Assembly (NCBI GenBank): GCA_900768625.1 | Contig: CAAGDO010000304.1 | Span: forward strand, 617 to 64,616 | DNA length: 64,000 nucleotides | From: Bacteroidaceae bacterium | GTDB taxonomy: Bacteria > Bacteroidota > Bacteroidia > Bacteroidales > Bacteroidaceae | Direction: 5' to 3' | Part shown: one piece after another, positions 45,154 through 56,707 of the stretch | Layout of the letters: each line of letters begins with the position of its first letter | How positions within the stretch are numbered: the first letter of the stretch is position 1 | Program-made: the position numbers and the translations under genes | Notes under the pieces: generated by a model | The model's database searches: none | What the model was told of the DNA's origin: nothing | What the model saw: the letters and a program-made list of their open reading frames with translations, nothing else

Positions 45154-45861
45154 TCAGAGCAGACGAGGAAGTTCTGCAAGTGAGGATATGATGTGTGAGG
45201 GGATGGACTCGTCGTATGCCTTTTCTTCCCATTCCCGGCCTTTAAACCAGATGGTGGAACATCCGAGCGAATGAGCGGGAAGAATGTCCTTGGAATAACT
45301 GTCACCGATAGCCACAGCTTCTGAGGGTTTGCAACCGGCAGCATCAAGGCCCAATTGCCAGATTGCGGGATCTGGCTTGCGTACCCCAACGACTGCACTT
45401 TCTATGACAGCGTCAAAAAGATCTGCCATGCCGTACGTACGGAGAATAGTGGGTAGATTGCCGTAGAAATTTGATACCATCACCAAACGATGGCGCGAGG
45501 AAAGTTCGTTGAGGATGTCGTTGGCCTCGCAGACGTGGGTGCGGGCAAAAGAGTCGCACCATTCAGCAACGGCTTCCACCTTCAACTTGCGCTCCTCAGA
45601 AGACGGAAAGGCGAGTATGCCACGCGCTTCGAGGTCGGAAAACTCAAGGTGCACTTTCTTCACGAGAAGGTGGAAAAAGTCATCTGTAGGGAGAATGATC
45701 GGGCTCTTGGCCAAGGCTCGTTCAGCATAGACATAGGCCGTTCGGAATTCTGCTTCAAGAAGTTCAATGCCCGCATGGCGGTAGCCGTCGTAGAGAACGT
45801 ATGCCCAGTGACAGGCACCTGTGTCCAGTGTGCCGCCATAATCAAAAAGGAGAGTACTCAT
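45154..45861 (-). CDS. HAD-superfamily hydrolase (phosphatase)
   Basis: LFDYGGTLD, VSNF, KPDPAIW, IGDSYSKDI. Confidence 0.9.
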   Translation of the reverse strand: MSTLLFDYGGTLDTGACHWAYVLYDGYRHAGIELLEAEFRTAYVYAERALAKSPIILPTDDFFHLLVKKVHLEFSDLEARGILAFPSSEERKLKVEAVAEWCDSFARTHVCEANDILNELSSRHRLVMVSNFYGNLPTILRTYGMADLFDAVIESAVVGVRKPDPAIWQLGLDAAGCKPSEAVAIGDSYSKDILPAHSLGCSTIWFKGREWEEKAYDESIPSHIISSLAELPRLL

Positions 45862-45904
45862 GTGTGGAGAGGGGAATGTGTGAGTTTTTTGTCGAAGAAA
45901 TTAG

Positions 45905-46909
45905 TTAGTCCTTCATGATTTGTTTGTTTCCTATCTTCACAAGGCCCACTCCAATCAGGATCCACACAAGTTCGCGTATGCGGGTGTAGAGTGATGCAAA
46001 GATACCGATGCCAGGAGCGGTAAGACCGAGAATTTTCACGATGAGTGAAAGACCTGTTTCGCGTGCTCCCAACTGCATAGGAAGGAAGAAAAGAAGATTT
46101 CCGATGAGAGAGGAGAAGGCGAGTACGAGGATTGCATCCCAATAATCCAGCTGTACGCCGAGTGAGATAAGGATGAAATAGTATTCCCCGGCATTGATCA
46201 CGCGAGCCACGTATTCATAGAGCAGAGAGAGCCAGAAGGCTCGAGGCTGCGAACGAAGGTAGGCAATGTTTTCGTCCACTTTTCTCATCGAGTCAATGTT
46301 GCGGTCGTAGAAACGGCGGGCTGGTTTACAGATGAGGGGAATGTGAAGCAGAGGAGTGAAAAGCTTCACGATGACCCCCTTCTTGTAGCAGAGGTTGAAG
46401 ACGAAGAGAACGCCGATGAGAATGACAAAATAGACAGTGAAGAGGCTCCAAAGGGCTGACGTCATTTTTTCGCTGTAGGCGAAGACGAATACAATCACAG
46501 AGGTGCTCCAAAGGCAGATGTGGGAGAGTATGTGCATCATGGAGTAGAGTACAACTGATGACATGGCACGGGGAACACCGATATAGGAACTGAGTTCCAT
46601 CACACGGTAGGGACCTCCACCGAATCCGAAAGGAGTCGTGTAACTGAAAGCAAAGCCCGAGACGGTGAGTTTGTAGGCGTGGCGGAAGGAAAGATGTTTG
46701 TCGTGTGTTCCGTTGTTGACGATAATCTGGAAAGCCCATGCGTTGAATGCATAGACGAGAATCCATACTCCGACAACGGCAGGAAGGTAAAGACTCATGC
46801 GTCCGAGATTTGCCCTCAGTTGGGGATAGTCATCCTTCGAGGCGTAGAGCATGACGGCGATGGCCGCAATACCGAAGAGGAGGAATATGTTGCGGAAAAG
46901 GGGTTTCAT
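45905..46909 (-). CDS. Lysylphosphatidylglycerol-synthase TM (UPF0104, flippase-like) membrane protein
   Basis: Multiple TM helices; SYTTPFGFGGGPYR; LPMQLGARE; R.RELVW. Confidence 0.8.
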   Translation of the reverse strand: MKPLFRNIFLLFGIAAIAVMLYASKDDYPQLRANLGRMSLYLPAVVGVWILVYAFNAWAFQIIVNNGTHDKHLSFRHAYKLTVSGFAFSYTTPFGFGGGPYRVMELSSYIGVPRAMSSVVLYSMMHILSHICLWSTSVIVFVFAYSEKMTSALWSLFTVYFVILIGVLFVFNLCYKKGVIVKLFTPLLHIPLICKPARRFYDRNIDSMRKVDENIAYLRSQPRAFWLSLLYEYVARVINAGEYYFILISLGVQLDYWDAILVLAFSSLIGNLLFFLPMQLGARETGLSLIVKILGLTAPGIGIFASLYTRIRELVWILIGVGLVKIGNKQIMKD

Positions 46910-46919
46910 AAAGGGATGA

Positions 46920-47861
46920 TTAGACAGCGTATTTAGCGAGAAGACGACGGCAGAGGCGTTCGTGGCAGCTTCGCATGTGGAGGAAAATGATGGTCATCAC
47001 GATAAGTTCAAACACGAAGTAGAACCAAGGAATGCCTGCGAGCAGACTGATGTAGAGCACAATGGCTCGTGTGTTGAACGTGAGAATGTTGGCCCATTTC
47101 ATAAGGGGAAGGCTCCCCTGACGGAATTCATCGCGCAATGCCTGGGGGATACCGGTGTCAGCGTAGCGCTCATCGATCGCAGCCTTGAATTGCTGGAAAG
47201 CAGGGGTCATGCCTTCTTGTGAGCGGGTGTAGTTGCCATAGAAATAGAGAAAAACCATCCACATGCCGTCGCGTTTCCACGTAAGCGTGTGAAGTTCTTC
47301 CCGCAGTTTTCGAAAATTGTCGAGTTCGCTGCCCTGCTTGCCTTTGAGGAAGAAGAGGTGGATGTTACGGTAGTAATCTGCAAGTTGACATTGCTTGCCG
47401 TGGAACACAAAGCCGGAGAGAGCGGCCATCAGCCAGATCCAAATGCCCCAGTGAGTATGTGTGAAGGGGATATCTGTTGACTGGAGACGGAGGCAGATAG
47501 CGGCATAGATGGTGAAGAACCATACGTCACCGGCAAATCCATCGAGGATGCGTCCCCAGCGAGTCTTCTGGCCTGTCATTCGGGCAAGCTGTCCGTCAGC
47601 ACTATCGTAGAGATTGGCCCACACGAGGAGGAGTATACCTATCACGGTGTGGAGCATGTCGGGGAAGTAGAACATGACGCCTGCTGCTGCTCCGAGAATG
47701 ATGCTGAGAATGGTCACCACATTGGGGTGAATATGGAAATGCTTAAAGAAAAGCGCCCATAGAAGTCCGAGAGGACGGGTGAAATGGATGTCAAGCCATT
47801 CCTCTGTGTCGTTTGATTTGAAAGTGGCTTGAAGCTGTTGGGCTTTGGAGGTATTTGTCAT
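46920..47861 (-). CDS. CDP-alcohol phosphatidyltransferase family protein
   Basis: Likely start MTNTSKAQ at 47861; IHPNVVT; signature DSADGQLARMTGQKTRWGRILDGFAGD. Confidence 0.92.
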   Translation of the reverse strand: MTNTSKAQQLQATFKSNDTEEWLDIHFTRPLGLLWALFFKHFHIHPNVVTILSIILGAAAGVMFYFPDMLHTVIGILLLVWANLYDSADGQLARMTGQKTRWGRILDGFAGDVWFFTIYAAICLRLQSTDIPFTHTHWGIWIWLMAALSGFVFHGKQCQLADYYRNIHLFFLKGKQGSELDNFRKLREELHTLTWKRDGMWMVFLYFYGNYTRSQEGMTPAFQQFKAAIDERYADTGIPQALRDEFRQGSLPLMKWANILTFNTRAIVLYISLLAGIPWFYFVFELIVMTIIFLHMRSCHERLCRRLLAKYAV

Positions 47862-47897
47862 TATATGATCAGAATGTGTTTGTTTTTTGTTAGGTGG

Positions 47898-48091
47898 GAA
47901 GTCGTCTAAACTTTTCTGACGAAGATTTGATTTAGAGATTGAGCTCTGCTGCATTCAATCTTCACCTTTCTTTTTGGCCGTTTTTTGACCTTTTATCAGT
48001 CGTGTAGCTCGCTACACTCCTTCTGCAAGGCCTAAAAAACGCCTCAAAAATAAAGGAAAATCTTGAATTTTGTAAAAGCATAGACGACTTT
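47898..48091 (+). mobile_element. MITE family A, copy 3
   Basis: Left TIR intact; right TIR degenerate (AAAAGCATAGACGACTTT); no clear TSD. Confidence 0.88.
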
Positions 48092-48150
48092 GTCAATTCT
48101 TTCGAACTTTTACGAAATTAGTTTGCAATCAATTTTTGCATGAGTGCCAT

Positions 48151-49023
48151 TCAATCGTTGCATTCTTCAGCGAGACGTTGGGCAATGGCACGTGCCGCCT
48201 CTTTGCGACAGACAGAGAAGGACGGCCAGTCGTTGAAGTCAATGAGTTGAATTGAACCGTCAGGACGGATAATGGCGTCGCCGCCGTAGATGGTCATGCT
48301 GGTAGCACGGGCAGCGCGGTCAGCCAGCTGCTTGAGTTGGTCGGCTGAGAAAGGGAAGTGTTGCGCTTCTCCGTTGTGAACTTCTAGTCCGAATTTGCTG
48401 AATCCATTTCCTGCAGTGGGGTAGTCCCATCTGAAGAACGGGGAACCTTCCACTCCGTAGAATTTCACGAGGTCACCTTCTGCATGCTCCACGGCCACGA
48501 TACGGTCGATATTGTTTTCGCGGAAATGGACGAGTCCCTTTTCGAGGGCTTCATGACTGTCGATGAATTGCACGTCAAGTGGACTTTGGGCACAGGCATC
48601 TGCCCGTTTCAACCAAAGGGGAAGGTGGAGCGAAGATAGAATGCTGGAGGATGTTGTGGTCGATGTGTCGAGAGCAATCGTGAGCGGTTGTGGTACATCG
48701 TTTTGGGCGAAGCGTTTCGCAATGACGTCACGTGTGTTAGCGAGAAGACATTCTGCGGAATTCACCACTTTCAGTATGCCGTTGCGTTCTGCTTCTGCCA
48801 AAGCTTTGAGCACATCCATGCTTCTTGCCATGGAGAATACAAGCTGGAATTCTTCAAGGTCAACGGCCACGAAAAGATCCTCGCTGATGATGCTGACGTC
48901 GAAACCTTTGCGTTCCATACGGCTCGCCACAGCCATGAAGATGGCTTCATCACGGCCTGTGCTGTTGGGGCTAAAGCGATGTGAACGGCTGATGCCGAGT
49001 ACGGGGATGGGTGAATGGCTCAT
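48151..49023 (-). CDS. ATP-grasp fold protein, ITPK1-like C-terminal motifs (putative inositol/inositol-phosphate kinase)
   Basis: VVNS, VPQP, LPLWLKR, VEHAEGDLVKFYGV, IYGGDAII..DG...LIDFNDWPSF. The confidence value refers to the fold; the function is a hypothesis. Confidence 0.7.
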   Translation of the reverse strand: MSHSPIPVLGISRSHRFSPNSTGRDEAIFMAVASRMERKGFDVSIISEDLFVAVDLEEFQLVFSMARSMDVLKALAEAERNGILKVVNSAECLLANTRDVIAKRFAQNDVPQPLTIALDTSTTTSSSILSSLHLPLWLKRADACAQSPLDVQFIDSHEALEKGLVHFRENNIDRIVAVEHAEGDLVKFYGVEGSPFFRWDYPTAGNGFSKFGLEVHNGEAQHFPFSADQLKQLADRAARATSMTIYGGDAIIRPDGSIQLIDFNDWPSFSVCRKEAARAIAQRLAEECND

Positions 49024-49733
49024 TTTTCTTCAGAGGATTGGAGGAATGCTTCAGCTTTGGCAATGTCAGTTGCGTGGTCCACGTCTAGAATCTTGCTGAA
49101 GGGGCAGGCTTCAAGTTTCAGACCGTCTGCAACGAGAGCACGTTGGAAATTGCGCATGCGGCTTTGTCCTTCATCTATGCAACGTTGGAGGGTGTTGAGA
49201 GCAATGGGGCGGAGAGCATAGATGCCGCCTGAAATGTAGGTGTCTCCTTCATTCTGGTCATGGAATCCAGTGATGCGAAGTTGGGAGTCTGTACCCACAT
49301 AGAGGGGCTTCTCGTCGTCGATATAGTCCGTGACAGCCATGCAGCCATCCGTTTCCGATTCGAGAAAATGATGGATATAATGGGTGAATTCTTCTTCACG
49401 GAAAATCGTGTCGACCGTCGTAAGACAGAAAGGTTCGTTGCCAAGGTGACGGCTGAGTTCCCAGAAACTGTGCATCGAACTTGGTGTGGATTTCACGACA
49501 AGTGTGATGTCATCAGCTTTGCCTTCGCTCTGGAGTTGGCGGATATGTTGTTCGGTGAGAGGGTTGAGCGTATTGACGATGATGACGATCTCGTCAGCTC
49601 CCACGGAGCGGAAGATGCGGATGAGACGGTCGATCATGGCTTCCCCTGCTACGGGGACGAGTGGCTTGGGTAGTTCCACTCCTTCGTGCTGTAGGCGTGA
49701 GCCTTCGCCTGCTGCGATGATTGCAAATTTCAT
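49020..49733 (-). CDS. NTP-transferase (cytidylyltransferase-like, IPCT/LicC type)
   Basis: AIIAAGEGSRL...PKPL; C-terminal LDVDHATDI; ATGA overlap with the downstream gene. Confidence 0.88.
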   Translation of the reverse strand: MKFAIIAAGEGSRLQHEGVELPKPLVPVAGEAMIDRLIRIFRSVGADEIVIIVNTLNPLTEQHIRQLQSEGKADDITLVVKSTPSSMHSFWELSRHLGNEPFCLTTVDTIFREEEFTHYIHHFLESETDGCMAVTDYIDDEKPLYVGTDSQLRITGFHDQNEGDTYISGGIYALRPIALNTLQRCIDEGQSRMRNFQRALVADGLKLEACPFSKILDVDHATDIAKAEAFLQSSEEK

Positions 49734-49898
49734 TGTTGGCAGAGATGGGATGTGTTGTGTGATAACGGTGAGATTGCGATTCTTTCCTTATCTTTGTGAA
49801 AAGGAGTGTGGGCTACTGAACGCAATGATGAGGAAATGCCAGTCACGTTGCGCGCTATAGGGGCGTATGGGGGGACGGGCATTTCCTCATAAGATATG

Positions 49899-50090
49899 GA
49901 AGTCGTCTAAACTTTTCTGACGAAGAATAATTTGGGGGTTGAGCTATTCTAAATTCAATCTTTACCTTTCTTCTTGGCCGTTTTTTGCCCTTTCATCGGT
50001 CGTGTAGCACGCTACACTCCTTCTTCAAGGCCCCAAAACGCCTCAAAAATAAAGGCAAATCTTTAACCTCATAAAAGTTCAGACGACTTC
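49899..50090 (+). mobile_element. MITE family A, copy 4
   Basis: Both TIRs intact; flanks ATG/ATA. Confidence 0.9.
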
Positions 50091-50113
50091 ATAGGGTGGA
50101 TGTGGCGACGGGA

Positions 50114-51283
50114 TTAGTCGTTAGAGCGCTTTTCGGTGGGCTTGTGAACAGTTCCTCGTTCATCCTCGCGGCGGTCGTGGTAGAGCTTGGGAAGAGGGTT
50201 GGCATGAGCTTTGATATATGCCTCTCGGTTTCGGTAGATGTCGATTGAGGCATATATGGCTCGACGGAAAGAGTCTGTTCTTGCCACAGCCTTTCCTGCG
50301 ATATCATAGGCCGTGCCGTGGTCGGGGGAAGTACGTACGACGGAAAGTCCTGCAGTGAAGTTTACCCCGCCTTCCGAAGTAAGCGCCTTGAATGCGGCAA
50401 GTCCCTGATCGTGGTACATGGCGAGTATACCGTCGAAATGGCGGTAGGCTGCAGTTCCAAAGAATCCATCTGCAGCATAGGGGCCGTAGCAAGGGAATCC
50501 TTGATCTGAAAGCGACTCGATGGCCGGGATGATGCTGTCCATTTCTTCTGTGCCAAGCACGCCATGATCTCCTGCGTGTGGATTGAGAGCGAGGATGGCA
50601 ATACGGGGAGCTGATACACCAAAGTCGCGTTTGAGCGATTCGTAAAGGAGTTTCGCTTTCTGTTCCACTGCCTCACGAGTGATGGCAGAGCTGACTTGGG
50701 CGATTGGGAGATGAGTGGTGACAAGCGCTACGCGCATGAGGTCATTACAGAGAATCATGAGTGATTCTTCGCCCTGATTTGCCAAACGGTCTTGTAGGTA
50801 TTCCGTGTGACCTACGAAGCGGAAGTTGCTACTCTGGATGTTTGCTTTGTTGATTGGCGAAGTGACAAGAGTGTCGATTAGACCCTCTTTGATGTCTTGA
50901 ACAGCTTGCTCAAGGGCAAGGAAAGCGGCGTGTCCGGCTTCAGCGCTTTGCTGTCCGTAGGCAACAGCCACGTCGTCGTTCGACACATTGACAAGGTTGA
51001 CCTGTCCTTCCACGGCCTCTTCAGCAGAGGCTATAATCTTGCAAGTGGTGTTGATGCCAAGAACTTTGCGGTTGTGATTGGCAACTTTCGCATGTCCGTA
51101 GACAACAGGGGTGAGCAAATCGAGAAGTTCGGAGTCTGCAAACGTGCGGAGGATGAGTTCCCATCCCACACCGTTGGTGTCTCCTTGGGTGATACCCACG
51201 CGTATGCGGCGGTGGGCTTGCTGACTTGTGGAGTCAGTCGTATAGTTGGCGGCCTCGGAGGGCTGTTGCTGGATGTCTGTCAT
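50114..51283 (-). CDS. pdxA: 4-hydroxythreonine-4-phosphate dehydrogenase
   Basis: GITQGD.NGVG.E, VTSPINK, GHTEYL, NPHAGD.G, AMYHDQG, RTSPDHGTAYDIAG; start uncertain. Confidence 0.95.
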   Translation of the reverse strand: MTDIQQQPSEAANYTTDSTSQQAHRRIRVGITQGDTNGVGWELILRTFADSELLDLLTPVVYGHAKVANHNRKVLGINTTCKIIASAEEAVEGQVNLVNVSNDDVAVAYGQQSAEAGHAAFLALEQAVQDIKEGLIDTLVTSPINKANIQSSNFRFVGHTEYLQDRLANQGEESLMILCNDLMRVALVTTHLPIAQVSSAITREAVEQKAKLLYESLKRDFGVSAPRIAILALNPHAGDHGVLGTEEMDSIIPAIESLSDQGFPCYGPYAADGFFGTAAYRHFDGILAMYHDQGLAAFKALTSEGGVNFTAGLSVVRTSPDHGTAYDIAGKAVARTDSFRRAIYASIDIYRNREAYIKAHANPLPKLYHDRREDERGTVHKPTEKRSND

Positions 51284-51399
51284 GATGGGGTGGTTTTGGG
51301 GAATGGCAATGGAAGGGGAGTCATGCACCTGTTTTTTTGTATTCTATGATAGAAGCTGATGAGGGGGCTCCTCTTCCTTTGGCTTCCTGTAAGGAGAAT

Positions 51400-52479
51400 T
51401 TAAGAAGGTTGTTCGTCTGCATGCTTCATGGCTTCTTGTTTCGCTGTGGAGAGAAGACCGCAGGCAGCGAAGATGTCCTGGCCTCGTGAGGCTCTGATGG
51501 TTGTGAAAAGTCCGTGAGAGGTCAGGTAATCCCTGAAACGCAGCATTTTCTCATCGCTCACCCCATTGAGATCCGTGTCGGGAATGTCGTGGAAGCGAAT
51601 GAGATTGATGCGGCAGTCGAGGTTTTGGAGTAGGCGGATCAACGCGTCTGCATGGCGTAGCGAGTCGTTGATACCGGCGAAAACGATGTACTCGAAAGAT
51701 AGGCGGCGCTGGCGGGTACCTTCAAGAGTGATACCGCGTGCTGGACGTCGGCAAAAGTCATATTGCTCAAGAAGATGCACGAGGTCGGTGATGCTGAAGG
51801 CTTTTTCTGCAGGCATGAGCTGTGCACGGCCTTCAGGAATGGGATGGTGGAGGGAAATGGCGAGGTGGCAACTGCTTTCGTCGAGAAAGCGCTGTAGCCC
51901 TTTGGCCAGCCCTACGCTTGAAACGGTGATGCGCTTTGGACTCCAGGCATAGCCCCACTCTGCAGTGATGGCTTGTGTGGCTTTCAACACGTTGTCGAGG
52001 TTGTCGAAAGGTTCGCCTTGGCCCATGAACACGATGTTGGTGAGTCGGTCGCGTTCGGGGAGCGAATAAATCTGATTGAGAATGTCTGCTGCGGAGAGTG
52101 AATCAACGTAGCCTTGACGGCCTGTCATGCAGAATTTGCAGTGCATCTTGCATCCCACCTGTGAACTGACACAGAGGGTGGCACGTTCACCGTCGGGAAT
52201 GAACACCGTTTCGATGAAATCGCCTTTGGCCGTTGCGTAGAGGTATTTCACCGTGCCGTCAACTGATCGCTGCTCATCAATGGGGGCAGATGCTCCAATC
52301 GTGTGGTTCTCAGAGAGACGTGCGCGTGCGGTTTTCGAGAGGTTGAGCATTTGGTCGATGCTCGTCACGTGCTTGCGGTAGATCCAGTCGGCCATTTGTT
52401 TGCCGACGAACGCAGGAAGGCCAAGTGAACGGGCCACTTCCTTGAGTTCTTCGATTGAGAGTCCTAATAACGGTGTCAT
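51400..52479 (-). CDS. rlmN: 23S rRNA m2A2503 methyltransferase
   Basis: Likely start MTPLLG; CVSSQVGCKMHCKFC.TG, VFMGQGEP..N, DIFAACG.L. Confidence 0.95.
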   Translation of the reverse strand: MTPLLGLSIEELKEVARSLGLPAFVGKQMADWIYRKHVTSIDQMLNLSKTARARLSENHTIGASAPIDEQRSVDGTVKYLYATAKGDFIETVFIPDGERATLCVSSQVGCKMHCKFCMTGRQGYVDSLSAADILNQIYSLPERDRLTNIVFMGQGEPFDNLDNVLKATQAITAEWGYAWSPKRITVSSVGLAKGLQRFLDESSCHLAISLHHPIPEGRAQLMPAEKAFSITDLVHLLEQYDFCRRPARGITLEGTRQRRLSFEYIVFAGINDSLRHADALIRLLQNLDCRINLIRFHDIPDTDLNGVSDEKMLRFRDYLTSHGLFTTIRASRGQDIFAACGLLSTAKQEAMKHADEQPS

Positions 52480-52706
52480 ACTTAGATTCTTGTTGGGAAA
52501 AGAGTGGTGAGGGCGTTGGAAGCACATTCGGCTTCTTGAGCAGCGGGGCCGCTCTTCAGAGGGCGGCAGTGGAATTGATGGAAAAAGGCCATGCCATAAC
52601 CTTCTTTCTGCCAATAGCCATTCAATCCTTTAAGGACGTTTATGACCGGGACAGACCAGAAAATTATGGCACAGCCTCTATGAGAGGTGATGGAATACGT
52701 CCTGCC

Positions 52707-53222
52707 TTATTTGCGGAAGAGCAACCATGCACCGGGGAATTTGGAGCGCAGGGCATTGCGCGACTGTACGGATGTGGATTTGTCGTCGGAAGAAGAGGCG
52801 ATGACGCGGAACCATCCAGTCTTTCCATTGATGGTTTCGTTTGTCTTAAGCACACGAGCGTCATAGCCTTCGCTAGTGAGGCGTTCGTAGAGTCCTTCTG
52901 CGTTGACTTGAGTGACGAAGCTACCTACGACTACGCTGTAGGTTTTCAAGGGGCTACCCTTGGTCACGTTGGTTTCTCCGTCGATGGTGCGTACGTCGGA
53001 ATGATCCGTGGCAACAGGAGTCTGTACGGGAGTGACGGGAGTCACAGCCACTTGGTCGTTTTCGGTAGTAGTGCTGGTGGTTTGCTGGTCGTCTTTGGCT
53101 CCGTCATTCTGAGCCTGTTGTGCTTTCTCCCATGCCTGGCGGTAGGCACTCTGGCGAGACTTACAACTGGTGAAAAGTACTGCGGCGCCAATGCCGAGCA
53201 CAACAAACAGATTCTTTTTCAT
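52707..53222 (-). CDS. SPOR-domain lipoprotein
   Basis: Lipobox FTSC; AYRQAWEKA; YSVVVGSF...NA...WFRV...AWLL. Confidence 0.88.
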   Translation of the reverse strand: MKKNLFVVLGIGAAVLFTSCKSRQSAYRQAWEKAQQAQNDGAKDDQQTTSTTTENDQVAVTPVTPVQTPVATDHSDVRTIDGETNVTKGSPLKTYSVVVGSFVTQVNAEGLYERLTSEGYDARVLKTNETINGKTGWFRVIASSSDDKSTSVQSRNALRSKFPGAWLLFRK

Positions 53223-53535
53223 TTCGTCGTCTTTGTTTCAAGTGTGATTGTTTCAAATTCTTGCTTTTTCGCATCTTTCTCTTTCATCTGTCTTCAGCTA
53301 AGAATGGAGATGGGAGAAAAGGGAGGTCACTGTGTCTCCTCCTTGTATGCAAAGTCGCTACAAAATTACGAATACGTTTTCTATTGGAGAACCGGTACAT
53401 GGTTAAACATTCATAATTATGTGGTTCCCTATAGATAATTCCAAAAAAAACAGGAAAGTATGGTTTGCATTTCGAAGAAAATGCGTACATTTGAAGCGTT
53501 GAAACGAATTACGAACCCTTAAAACTTCTAGTAAA

Positions 53536-53742
53536 ATGAAAGGATTAAGCATTTTGGCCGCATTTTTGGGCGGTGCAGCAGTAGGTGCTGCTTGTGGTAT
53601 TCTCTTTGCTCCTGACAAAGGCGTTGATACCCGTGAAAAGATTGCTGATGCTATCCGCAAGCGCGGCATCAAGCTCAACCGTAAGGAAATGGAATCGTTG
53701 GTCGACGATATCGCTGACGAGCTCCAGCCTGCCAACGACTGA
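53536..53742 (+). CDS. YtxH-domain protein
   Basis: FLGGAAVGAACGILFAPDKGVDTR. Confidence 0.85.
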   Translation: MKGLSILAAFLGGAAVGAACGILFAPDKGVDTREKIADAIRKRGIKLNRKEMESLVDDIADELQPAND

Positions 53743-53869
53743 TAAGGGTCAACGGTTGATATTTGGGGGAAGATGGAATCTGCCGAATGTTCCAGACATA
53801 GAGCTGGTGGGAGGTTCCATCTTCCCTTCTTTTTCTGAAAGTTTTAACTCATTATTCTTATTCCAAACC

Positions 53870-54232
53870 ATGTTATCAAGCGATAAGAACATAGAAACGC
53901 TGAGTCAGCTGATTGAGGAGACGAAACGTTATGTGGAACTTCGGGGTAAATGCTGGCGTATTTCGTTGGTGAGCAAAGTTTCAACGTTGGCAAGTGCCTT
54001 GGTGTTGGCTGTCATTTTGTTTGTGTTGGCTTCTGCCGTAGTGATTTTCCTTTCCTTCACCCTGGCTTCGACATTGGCATTGTGGGTCGGTACGGTTTGG
54101 GGCTACGCTTTGGTCACGGCATTCTATTTTCTTGTAGGGGTGGTGATTTTCATCAATCGCAGGAAATGGATTGAAGCTCCTGTGGTGGATTTCATTGCTT
54201 CAGTGATGTTGTCGGACGATGGCGACGAATGA
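53870..54232 (+). CDS. Two-TM 'phage holin family' (YqjE/DUF1469-like) protein
   Basis: Start MLSSDKNIE; YVELR; two TM helices; RRKWIEAP; follows the YtxH gene. Confidence 0.75.
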   Translation: MLSSDKNIETLSQLIEETKRYVELRGKCWRISLVSKVSTLASALVLAVILFVLASAVVIFLSFTLASTLALWVGTVWGYALVTAFYFLVGVVIFINRRKWIEAPVVDFIASVMLSDDGDE

Positions 54233-54279
54233 AAGTAGACGGCATAATCATATTGAATTAAAATCAGGAATTTAGAATC

Positions 54280-54546
54280 ATGGCTACTGACATATATACA
54301 AGTGAGAAGCTGCGTGCTGAAAAGGCACAACTTCAAAAGGAGTTAAAGCAGAGTGCCCGTCGTATCTCTCAGCATTGGGCAGCACTGACGGCTCCACCAG
54401 AGGAGACAACGAAGTTCCGCGGTTGGGTGAATCAGGCCGAAAGGGCCTATGTGGTCTACGACGGAGTGATGACAGGCTACAAGCTCATGAAGCGTTTCAA
54501 TCGCTTTGCGGAACTATTCAAGAAAAAACCGAAGAAGAAACAATGA
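54280..54546 (+). CDS. Small basic hypothetical protein
   Basis: 88 aa; third gene of the YtxH cluster; VYDGVMTGYKL; Lys-rich tail. Confidence 0.7.
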   Translation: MATDIYTSEKLRAEKAQLQKELKQSARRISQHWAALTAPPEETTKFRGWVNQAERAYVVYDGVMTGYKLMKRFNRFAELFKKKPKKKQ

Positions 54547-54580
54547 ACTGTTGACTTGGGCTGTGTTGTCCATATGAATC

Positions 54581-54689
54581 AACGTGTAATTCCCGTATGA
54601 TTTCATCCTTGTTTTCTTTGCTACACCCTAATTGGGTTGTGGTGCAGCGTTGAGAACATAAGGATGAAATCATGCGGGAATTACACGTT
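54581..54689. repeat. 30-bp inverted repeat (family D) between convergent genes
   Basis: AACGTGTAATTCCCGTATGATTTCATCCTT / AAGGATGAAATCATGCGGGAATTACACGTT (29/30). Confidence 0.8.
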
Positions 54690-54742
54690 TCTTGTCTACC
54701 ACGCAAAAGCTATGTGTGGTCTGTCATAGACAATCTGATCAA

Positions 54743-56653
<1,911 letters not shown>

Positions 56654-56707
56654 GTTATGTGTTGTATGTCGGGACGGGTGGGACTTTGGTTGTTTGATGT
56701 TGAAACC

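Noticed and set aside
52455..53438. Long antisense ORFs (e.g. 52455-53438, 63085-63990, 58693-59535, 6080-6838)
   Set aside because: Shadow frames opposite well-supported genes, with no family motifs.
53870..54232. Holin-like gene as evidence of a prophage
   Set aside because: No endolysin, structural or integrase genes; this family commonly occurs chromosomally with YtxH.
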